Assembly (NCBI RefSeq): GCF_009914755.1
Contig: NC_060933.1
DNA from: the human T2T-CHM13v2.0 reference genome, Homo sapiens
Strand: one strand, 5' to 3'
Length of the DNA stretch: 64,000 nucleotides
This document shows, in pieces, positions 40,901 to 52,900 of the stretch. How positions within the stretch are numbered: position 1 is the first letter of the stretch; each line of letters starts with the position of its first letter. A program made the position numbers and the translations under genes. The notes under the pieces were generated by a model. The model did not search any database, was not told where the DNA came from, and worked only from the letters and a program-made list of their open reading frames with translations.

Positions 40901-43900
40901 GAAACTTGTTTGTGATGTGTGTATTCAACTAACAGAGATGAACCTTTCTTTTTACAGAGCAGTTTTGAAACACTCTTTTTGTGGAATCTGAAAGTGGATA
41001 TTTGGATAGCTTTGAGGATTTCGTTGGAAATGGGATTACATATAAAATCTAGGGAGAAGCATTCTCAGGAACTTCTTCGTGATGTTTGCATTCAAGTCAC
41101 AGAACTGAACATTCCCTTTCATAGTGCAGGTTTGAAACACTCTTTCTGTAGTATCTGCAAGCTGACGTTTCATGCGCTTTCAGGCCTGTGGTGAAAAAGG
41201 AAATATCTTCAAATAAAAACTAGACAGAAGCATTCTCAGAAACTTATTTGCGATGTGAGTTCTCAACTAACAGAGTTGAACCTTTGTTTGGATACAACAT
41301 TTTGGAAACACTCTTTTTGTAGAATCTGCAAGTGGATATTTGGATAGCTTTGAAGGTTTCGTTGGAAACGGGAATATCTTGATATAAAATCAAGACAGAA
41401 GCATTCTCAGAAACTTCTCTGTGATGTTTGCATTCAACTCATAGAGTTGAACACTTCCCTTCATACAGCAGGTTTGAAACACTCTTTTTGTAATATTTGG
41501 AAGTGGACATTTGCAGCGCTTTGAGGCCTATGATGAAAAAGGAAATATCTTCCCATAAAAACTAGACAGAAGCATTCTCAGAAACTTGTTTGTGATGTGT
41601 GTATTCAACTTACAGAGATGAACCTTTCTTTTTACCGAGCAGTTTTGAAACACTCTTTTTGTGGAATCTGAAAGTGGATATTTGGATAGCTTTGAGGATT
41701 TCGTTGGAAACGGGATTACATATAAAATCTAGGGAGAAGCATTCTCAGGAACTTCTTTGTGATGTTTGCATTCAAGTCACAGAACTGAACATTCCCTTTC
41801 ATAGAGCAGGTTTGAAACACTCTTTCTGTAGTATCTGCAAGCGGACGTTTCAAGCGCTTTCAGGCCTGTGGTGAAAAGGAAATATCTTCAAATAAAAACT
41901 AGACAGAAGCATTCTCAGAAACTTATTTGCGATGTGTGTTCTCAACTAAAAGAGTTGAACCTTTGTTTGGATACAGCATTTTGCAAACACTCTTTTTGTA
42001 GAATCTGCAAGTGGATATTTGGATAGCTTTGAAGGTTTCGTTGGAAACGGGAATATCTTCATATAAAATCAAGACAGAAGCATTCTCAGAAACTTCTCTG
42101 TGATGTTTGCATTCAACTCATAGAGTTGAACACTTCCCTTCATACAGCAGGTTTGAAACACTCTTTTTGTAATATTTGGAAGTGGACATTTGCAGCGCTT
42201 TGAGGCCTATGTTGAAAAAGGAAATATCTTCTCCTAAAAACCAGACAGAAGCATTCTCAGAAACTTCCTTGTGATGTGTGTACTCAAGTAACAGAGTTGA
42301 ACCTTCCTTTTGACAGAGCAGTTTTGAAGCACTCTTTTTGTAGAATCTGCAAGTGGATATTTTGATACCTTTGAGGATTTCGTTGGACACGGGATATCTT
42401 CATATAAAATCTAGACAGAAGCATTCTCAGAAACTTCTTTGTGCTGTATGTCCTCAATTAACAGAGTTGAACCTTTGTGTGGATACAGCATTTTGGAAAC
42501 ATTCCTTTAGTAGAATCTGCAAGTTGATATTTAGATAGCTAGGAAGATTTCCTTGGAAACGGGAATATCTTCATATAAAATCTAGCCGGAAGCATTCTCA
42601 GAAAGTGCTTTGTGATGTTTGCATTCAAGTCACAGAGTTGAATATTCCCTTTTATAGAGCAGGTTTGAAACACTCTTTCTGCACTACCTGGAAGTGGACA
42701 TTTGGAGCGCTTTGAGGCCTATGTTGAAAAAGGAAATATCTTCCCATAAAAACTAGAGAGAAGCATTCTCAGAAACTTGTTTGTGATGTGTGTATTCAAC
42801 TAACAGAGATGAACCTTTCTTTTTACAGAGCAGTTTTGAAACACTCTTTTTGTGGAATCTGAAAGTGGATATTTGGATAGCTTTGAGGATTTCGTTGGAA
42901 ACGGGATTACATATAAAACCTAGAGAGAAGCATTCTCAGGAACTTCTTTGTGATGTTTGCATTCAAGTCACAGAACTGAACATTCCCTTTCATAGAGCAG
43001 GTTTGAAACACTCTTTCTGTAGTATCTGCAAGCTGACGTTTCAAGAGCTTTCAGGCCTATGGTGAGAAAGGAAATATCTTCAAGTAAAAACTAGACAGAA
43101 GCATTCTCAGAAACATATTTGCCATGTGTGTTCTCAACTAACAGAGTTGAACCTTTGTTTTGATACAGCATTTTGGAAACACTCTTTTTGTAGAATCTGC
43201 AGGTGGATATTCGGATAGCTTTGAAGGTTTCGTTGGAAACGGGAATATCTTCATATAAAATCAAGACAGAAGCATTCTCTGAAACTTCTCTGTGATGTTT
43301 GCATTCAACTCATAGAGTTGAACACTTCCCTTCATACAGCAGGTTTGAAACACTCTTTTTGTAATATTTGGAAGTGGACATTTGCAGCGCTTTGAGGCCT
43401 ATGTTGAAAAAGGAAATATCTTCTCCTAAAAACCAGACAGAAGAATTCTCAGAAACTTCCTTGTGATGTGTGTACTCAAGTAACAGAGTTGAACCTTACT
43501 TTTGACAGAGCCGTTTTGAAACAGTCTTTTTGTAGAATCTGGCACTAGATATTTGGATACCTTTGAGGATTTCTTTGGAAACGGCATATCTTCATATAAA
43601 ATCTAGACAGAAGCATTCTCAGAAACTTCTTTGTGCTGTATGTCCTCAATTAACAGAGTTGAACCTTTGTGTGGATACAGCATTTTGGAAACACTCCTTT
43701 AGTAGAATCTGCAAGTTGATATTTAGATAGCTAGGAAGATTTCCTTGGAAACGGGAATATCTTCACATAAAATCTAGACGGAAGCATTCTCAGAAACTTC
43801 TCTGTGATGCTTGCATTCAACTCATAGAGTTGAACACTTCCTTTCATAGAGCAGGTTTGAAACACTCTGTGCACTACCTGGAAGTGGACATTTGGAGCGC

Positions 43901-46900
43901 TTTGAGGCCTATGTTGAAAAAGGAAATATCTTCCCATAAAAACTAGACAGAAGCATTCTCAGAAACTTGTTTGTGATGTGTGTATTCAACTAACAGAGAT
44001 GAACCTTTCTTTTTACAGAGCAGTTTTGAAACACTCTTTTTGTGGAATCTGAAAGTGGATATTTGGATAGCTTTGAGGATTTCGTTGGAAACGGGATTAC
44101 ATATAAAATCTAGGGAGAAGCATTCTCAGGAACTTCTTTGTGATGTTTGCATTCAAGTCACAGAACTGAACATTCCCTTTCATTGAGCAGCTTTGAAACA
44201 CTCTTTCTGTAGTATCTGCAAGCGGACGTTTCAAGCGCTTTCAGGCCTGTGGTGAAAAGGGAAATATCTTCAAATAAAAACTAGACAGAAGCATTCTCAG
44301 AAACTTATTTGCGATGTGTGTTCTCAACTAACAGAGTTGAACCTTTGTTTTGATACAGCATTTTGGAAACACTCTTTTTGTAGGATCTGCAGGTGGATAT
44401 TTGGATAGATTTGAAGGTTTCGTTGGAAACGGGAATATCTTCATATAAAATCAACACAGAAGCATTCTCAGAAACTTCTCTGTGATGTTTGCATTCAACT
44501 CATAGAGTTGAACACTTCCTTTCATAGAGGTGGTTTGAAATACTCTTTTTGTAATATTTGGAAGTGGACATTGGCAGCGCTTTGAAGCCTATGGCGAAAA
44601 AGGAGATATCTTCCCCTAAAAACCAGACAGAAGCATTCTCAGAATCTTTCTTGTGATGTGTGTACTCAAGTAACAGAGTTGAACCTTCATTTTGACAGAG
44701 CAGTTTTGAAGCACTCTTTTTGTAGAATCTACAAGTGGATATTTTGATACCTTTGAGGATTTCGTTGGACACGGGATATCTTCATATAAAATCTAGACAG
44801 AAGCATTCTCAGAAACTTCTTTGTGCTGTATGTCCTCAATTAACAGAGTTGAACCTTTGTGTGGATACAGCATTTTGGAAACATTCCTTTAGTAGAATCT
44901 GCAAGTTGATATTTAGATAGCTAGGAAGATTTCCTTGGAAACGGGAATATCTTCACATAAAATCTAGACGGAAGCATTCTCAGAAACTGCTTTGTGATGT
45001 CTTCATTCAAGTCACAGACTAGAATGTTCCCTTTTATAGAGCAGGTTTGAAACACTCAGTGCACTACCTGGAAGTGGACATTTGGAGCGCTTTGACGCCT
45101 ATGTTGAAAAAGGAAATATCTTCCCATAGAAACTAGACAGAAGCATTCTCAGAAACTTGTTTGTGATGTGTGTATTCAACTAACAGAGATGTACCTTTCT
45201 TTTTACAGAGCAGTTTTGAAACACTCTTTTTGTGGAATCTGAAAGTGGATATTTGGATAGCTTTGAGGATTTCGTTGGAAACGGGATTACATATAAAATC
45301 TAGGGAGAAGCATTCTCAGGAACTTCTTTGTGATGTTTGCATTCAAGTCACAGAACTGAACATTCCCTTTCATAGTGCAGGTTTGAAACACTCTTTCTGT
45401 AGTATATGCAAGCTGACGTTTCAAGCGCTTTCAGGCCTGTGGTGAAAAAGGAAATATCTTCAAATAAAAACTAGACAGAAGCATTCTCAGAAACTTATTT
45501 GCGATGTGTGTTCTCAACTAACAGAGTTGAACCTTTGTTTGGATACAACATTTTGGAAACACTCTTTTTGTAGAATCTGCAAGTGGATATTTGGATAGCT
45601 TTGAAGGTTTCGTTGGAAACGGGAATATCTTGATATAAAATCAAGACAGAAGCATTCTCAGAAACTTCTCTGTGATGTTTGCATTCAACTCATAGAGTTG
45701 AACACTTCCCTGCATACAGCAGGTTTGAAGCACTCTTTTTGTAATATTTGGAAGTGGACATTTGCAGCGCTTTGAGGCCTATGATGAAAAAGGAAATATC
45801 TTCCCATAAAAACTAGACAGAAGCATTCTCAGAAACTTGTTTGTGATGTGTGTATTCAACTAACAGAGATGAACCTTTCTTTTTACAGAGCAGTTTTGAA
45901 ACACTCTTTTTGTGGAATCTGAAAGTGGATATTTGGATAGCTTTGCGGATTTCGTTGGAAACGGGATTACATATAAAATCTAGGGAGAAGCATTCTCAGG
46001 AACTTCTTTGTGATGTTTGCATTCAAGTCACAGAACTGAACATTCCCTTTCATAGAGCAGGTTTGAAACACTCTTTCTGTAGTATCTGCAAGCGGACGTT
46101 TCAAGCGCTTTCAGGCCTGTGGTGAAAAAGGAAATATCTTCAAATAAAAACTAGACAGAAGCATTCTCAGAAACTTATTTGCGATGTGTGTTCTCAACTA
46201 AAAGAGTTGAACCTTTGTTTGGATACAGCAGTTTGCAAACACTCTTTTTGTAGAATCTGCAAGTGGATATTTGGATAGCTTTGAAGGTTTCGTTGGAAAC
46301 GGGAATATCTTCATATAAAATCAAGACAGAAGCATTCTCAGAAACTTCTCTGTGATGTTTGCATTCAACTCATAGAGTTGAACACTTCCCTTCATACAGC
46401 AGGTTTGAAACACTCTTTTTGTAATATTTGGAAGTGGACATTTGCAGCGCTTTGAGGCCTATGTTGAAAAAGGAAATATTTTCTCCTAAAAACCAGACAG
46501 AAGCATTCTCAGAAACTTCCTTGTGATGTGTGTACTCAAGTAACAGAGTTGAACCTTCCTTTTGACAGAGCAGTTTTGAAGCACTCTTTTTGTAGAATCT
46601 GCAAGTGGATATTTTGATACCTTTGAGGATTTCGTTGGACACGGGATATCTTCATATAAAATCTAGACAGAAGCATTCTCAGAAACTTCTTTGTGCTGTA
46701 TGTCCTCAATTAACAGAGTTGAACCTTTGTGTGGATACAGCATTTTGGAAACATTCCTTTAGTAGAATCTGCAAGTTGATATTTAGATAGCTAGGAAGAT
46801 TTCCTTGGAAACGGGAATATCTTCATATAAAATCTAGCCGGAAGCATTCTCAGAAAGTGCTTTGTGATGTTTGCATTCAAGTCACAGAGTTGAATATTCC

Positions 46901-49900
46901 CTTTTATAGAGCAGGTTTGAAACACTCTTTCTGCACTACCTGGAAGTGGACATTTGGAGCGCTTTGAGGCCTATGTTGAAAAAGGAAATATCTTCCCATA
47001 AAAACTAGAGAGAAGCATTCTCAGAAACTTGTTTGTGATGTGTGTATTCAACTAACAGAGATGAACCTTTCTTTTTACAGAGCAGTTTTGAAACACTCTT
47101 TTTGTGGAATCTGAAAGTGGATATTTGGATAGCTTTGAGGATTTCGTTGGAAACGGGATTACATATAAAACCTAGAGAGAAGCATTCTCAGGAACTTCTT
47201 TGTGATGTTTGCATTCAAGTCACAGAACTGAACATTCCCTTTCATAGAGCAGGTTTGAAACACTCTTTCTGTAGTATCTGCAAGCTGACGTTTCAAGAGC
47301 TTTCAGGCCTATGGTGAGAAAGGAAATATCTTCAAGTAAAAACTAGACAGAAGCATTCTCAGAAACATATTTGCCATGTGTGTTCTCAACTAACAGAGTT
47401 GAACCTTTGTTTTGATACAGCATTTTGGAAACACTCTTTTTGTAGAATCTGCAGGTGGATATTCGGATAGCTTTGAAGGTTTCGTTGGAAACGGGAATAT
47501 CTTCATATAAAATCAAGACAGAAGCATTCTCTGAAACTTCTCTGTGATGTTTGCATTCAACTCATAGAGTTGAACACTTCCCTTCATACAGCAGGTTTGA
47601 AACACTCTTTTTGTAATATTTGGAAGTGGACATTTGCAGCGCTTTGAGGCCTATGTTGAAAAAGGAAATATCTTCTCCTAAAAACCAGACAGAAGAATTC
47701 TCAGAAACTTCCTTGTGATGTGTGTACTCAAGTAACAGAGTTGAACCTTACTTTTGACAGAGCCGTTTTGAAACAGTCTTTTTGTAGAATCTGGAAGTAG
47801 ATATTTGGATACCTTTGAGGATTTCTTTGGAAACGGGATATCTTCATGTAAAATCTAGACAGAAGCATTCTCAGAAACTTCTTTGTGCTGTATGTCCTCA
47901 GTTAACAGAGTTGAACCTTTGTGTGGATACAGCATTTTGGAAACACTCCTTTAGTAGAATCTGCAAGTTGATATTTAGATAGCTAGGAAGATTTCCTTGG
48001 AAACGGGAATATCTTCACATAAAATCTAGACGGAAGCATTCTCAGAAACTTCTCTGTGATGCTTGCATTCAACTCATAGAGTTGAACACTTCCTTTCATA
48101 GAGCAGGTTTGAAACACTCTGTGCACTACCTGGAAGTGGACATTTGGAGCGCTTTGAGGCCTATGTTGAAAAAGGAAATATCTTCCCATAAAAACTAGAC
48201 AGAAGCATTCTCAGAAACTTGTTTGTGATGTGTGTATTCAACTAACAGAGATGAACCTTTCTTTTTACCGAGCAGTTTTGAAACACTCTTTTTGTGGAAT
48301 CTGAAAGTGGATATTTGGATAGCTTTGCGGATTTCGTTGGAAACGGGATTACATATAAAATCTAGGGAGAAGCATTCTCAGGAACTTCTTTGTGATGTTT
48401 GCATTCAAGTCACAGAACTGAACATTCCCTTTCATAGAGCAGGTTTGAAACACTCTTTCTGTAGTATCTGCAAGCGGACGTTTCAAGCGCTTTCAGGCCT
48501 GTGGTGAAAAGGAAATATCTTCAAATAAAAACTAGACAGAAGCATTCTCAGAAACTTATTTGCGATGTGTGTTCTCAACTAAAAGAGTTGAACCTTTGTT
48601 TGGATACAGCATTTTGCAAACACTCTTTTTGTAGAATCTGCAAGTGGATATTTGGATAGCTTTGAAGGTTTCGTTGGAAACGGGAATATCTTCATATAAA
48701 ATCAAGACAGAAGCATTCTCAGAAACTTCTCTGTGATGTTTGCATTCAACTCATAGAGTTGAACACTTCCCTTCATACAGCAGGTTTGAAACACTCTTTT
48801 TGTAATATTTGGAAGTGGACATTTGCAGCGCTTTAAGGCCTATGTTGAAAAAGGAAATATCTTCTCCTAAAAACCAGACAGAAGCATTCTCAGAAACTTC
48901 CTTGTGATGTGTGTACTCAAGTAACAGAGTTGAACCTTCCTTTTGACAGAGCAGTTTTGAAGCACTCTTTTTGTAGAATCTGCAAGTGGATATTTTGATA
49001 CCTTTGAGGATTTCGTTGGACACGGGATATCTTCATATAAAATCTAGACAGAAGCATTCTCAGAAACTTCTTTGTGCTGTATGTCCTCAATTAACAGAGT
49101 TGAACCTTTGTGTGGATACAGCATTTTGGAAACATTCCTTTAGTAGAATCTGCAAGTTGATATTTAGATAGCTAGGAAGATTTCCTTGGAAACGGGAATA
49201 TCTTCATATAAAATCTAGCCGGAAGCATTCTCAGAAAGTGCTTTGTGATGTTTGCATTCAAGTCACAGAGTTGAATATTCCCTTTTATAGAGCAGGTTTG
49301 AAACACTCTTTCTGCACTACCTGGAAGTGGACATTTGGAGCGCTTTGAGGCCTATGTTGAAAAAGGAAATATCTTCCCATAAAAACTAGAGAGAAGCATT
49401 CTCAGAAACTTGTTTGTGATGTGTGTATTCAACTAACAGAGATGAACCTTTCTTTTTACAGAGCAGTTTTGAAACACTCTTTTTGTGGAATCTGAAAGTG
49501 GATATTTGGATAGCTTTGAGGATTTCGTTGGAAACGGGATTACATATAAAACCTAGAGAGAAGCATTCTCAGGAACTTCTTTGTGATGTTTGCATTCAAG
49601 TCACAGAACTGAACATTCCCTTTCATAGAGCAGGTTTGAAACACTCTTTCTGTAGTATCTGCAAGCTGACGTTTCAAGAGCTTTCAGGCCTATGGTGAGA
49701 AAGGAAATATCTTCAAGTAAAAACTAGACAGAAGCATTCTCAGAAACATATTTGCCATGTGTGTTCTCAACTAACAGAGTTGAACCTTTGTTTTGATACA
49801 GCATTTTGGAAACACTCTTTTTGTAGAATCTGCAGGTCGATATTCGGATAGCTTTGAAGGTTTCGTTGGAAACGGGAATATCTTCATATAAAATCAAGAC

Positions 49901-52900
49901 AGAAGCATTCTCTGAAACTTCTCTGTGATGTTTGCATTCAACTCATAGAGTTGAACACTTCCCTTCATACAGCAGGTTTGAAACACTCTTTTTGTAATAT
50001 TTGGAAGTGGACATTTGCAGCGCTTTGAGGCCTATGTTGAAAAAGGAAATATCTTCTCCTAAAAACCAGACAGAAGAATTCTCAGAAACTTCCTTGTGAT
50101 GTGTGTACTCAAGTAACAGAGTTGAACCTTACTTTTGACAGAGCCGTTTTGAAACAGTCTTTTTGTAGAATCTGGAAGTAGATATTTGGATACCTTTGAG
50201 GATTTCTTTGGAAACGGGATATCTTCATATAAAATCTAGACAGAAGCATTCTCAGAAACTTCTTTGTGCTGTATGTCCTCAATTAACAGAGTTGAACCTT
50301 TGTGTGGATACAGCATTTTGGAAACACTCCTTTAGTAGAATCTGCAAGTTGATATTTAGATAGCTAGGAAGATTTCCTTGGAAACGGGAATATCTTCACA
50401 TAAAATCTAGACGGAAGCATTCTCAGAAACTTCTCTGTGATGCTTGCATTCAACTCATAGAGTTGAACACTTCCTTTCATAGAGCAGGTTTGAAACACTC
50501 TGTGCACTACCTGGAAGTGGACATTTGGAGCGCTTTGAGGCCTATGTTGAAAAAGGAAATATCTTCCCATAAAAACTAGACAGAAGCATTCTCAGAAACT
50601 TGTTTGTGATGTGTGTATTCAACTAACAGAGATGAACCTTTCTTTTTACAGAGCAGTTTTGAAACACTCTTTTTGTGGAATCTGAAAGTGGATATTTGGA
50701 TAGCTTTGAGGATTTCGTTGGAAACGGGATTACATATAAAATCTAGGGAGAAGCATTCTCAGGAACTTCTTTGTGATGTTTGCATTCAAGTCACAGAACT
50801 GAACATTCCCTTTCATTGAGCAGCTTTGAAACACTCTTTCTGTAGTATCTGCAAGCGGACGTTTCAAGCGCTTTCAGGCCTGTGGTGAAAAGGGAAATAT
50901 CTTCAAATAAAAACTAGACAGAAGCATTCTCAGAAACTTATTTGCGATGTGTGTTCTCAACTAACAGAGTTGAACCTTTGTTTTGATACAGCATTTTGGA
51001 AACACTCTTTTTGTAGGATCTGCAGGTGGATATTTGGATAGATTTGAAGGTTTCGTTGGAAACGGGAATATCTTCATATAAAATCAACACAGAAGCATTC
51101 TCAGAAACTTCTCTGTGATGTTTGCATTCAACTCATAGAGTTGAACACTTCCTTTCATAGAGCTGGTTTGAAATACTCTTTTTGTAATATTTGGAAGTGG
51201 ACATTGGCAGCGCTTTGAAGCCTATGGCGAAAAAGGAGATATCTTCCCCTAAAAACCAGACAGAAGCATTCTCAGAATCTTTCTTGTGATGTGTGTACTC
51301 AAGTAACAGAGTTGAACCTTCATTTTGACAGAGCAGTTTTGAAGCACTCTTTTTGTAGAATCTACAAGTGGATATTTTGATACCTTTGAGGATTTCGTTG
51401 GACACGGGATATCTTCATATAAAATCTAGACAGAAGCATTCTCAGAAACTTCTTTGTGCTGTATGTCCTCAATTAACAGAGTTGAACCTTTGTGTGGATA
51501 CAGCATTTTGGAAACATTCCTTTAGTAGAATCTGCAAGTTGATATTTAGATAGCTAGGAAGATTTCCTTGGAAACGGGAATATCTTCACATAAAATCTAG
51601 ACGGAAGCATTCTCAGAAACTGCTTTGTGATGTCTTCATTCAAGTCACAGACTAGAATGTTCCCTTTTATAGAGCAGGTTTGAAACACTCAGTGCACTAC
51701 CTGGAAGTGGACATTTGGAGCGCTTTGACGCCTATGTTGAAAAAGGAAATATCTTCCCATAGAAACTAGACAGAAGCATTCTCAGAAACTTGTTTGTGAT
51801 GTGTGTATTCAACTAACAGAGATGAACCTTTCTTTTTACAGAGCAGTTTTGAAACACTCTTTTTGTGGAATCTGAAAGTGGATATTTGGATAGCTTTGAG
51901 GATTTCGTTGGAAACGGGATTACATATAAAATCTAGGGAGAAGCATTCTCAGGAACTTCTTTGTGATGTTTGCATTCAAGTCACAGAACTGAACATTCCC
52001 TTTCATAGTGCAGGTTTGAAACACTCTTTCTGAAGTATCTGCAAGCTGACGTTTCAAGCGCTTTCAGGCCTGTGGTGAAAAAGGAAATATCTTCAAATAA
52101 AAACTAGACAGAAGCATTCTCAGAAACTTATTTGCGATGTGTGTTCTCAACTAACAGAGTTGAACCTTTGTTTGGATACAACATTTTGGAAACACTCTTT
52201 TTGTAGAATCTGCAAGTGGATATTTGGATAGCTTTGAAGGTTTCGTTGGAAACGGGAATATCTTGATATAAAATCAAGACAGAAGCATTCTCAGAAACTT
52301 CTCTGTGATGTTTGCATTCAACTCATAGAGTTGAACACTTCCCTGCATACAGCAGGTTTGAAGCACTCTTTTTGTAATATTTGGAAGTGGACATTTGCAG
52401 CGCTTTGAGGCCTATGATGAAAAAGGAAATATCTTCCCATAAAAACTAGACAGAAGCATTCTCAGAAACTTGTTTGTGATGTGTGTATTCAACTAACAGA
52501 GATGAACCTTTCTTTTTACAGAGCAGTTTTGAAACACTCTTTTTGTGGAATCTGAAAGTGGATATTTGGATAGCTTTGCGGATTTCGTTGGAAACGGGAT
52601 TACATATAAAATCTAGGGAGAAGCATTCTCAGGAACTTCTTTGTGATGTTTGCATTCAAGTCACAGAACTGAACATTCCCTTTCATAGAGCAGGTTTGAA
52701 ACACTCTTTCTGTAGTATCTGCAAGCGGACGTTTCAAGCGCTTTCAGGCCTGTGGTGAAAAAGGAAATATCTTCAAATAAAAACTAGACAGAAGCATTCT
52801 CAGAAACTTATTTGCGATGTGTGTTCTCAACTAACAGAGTTGAACCTTTGTTTGGATACAGCAGTTTGCAAACACTCTTTTTGTAGAATCTGCAAGTGGA

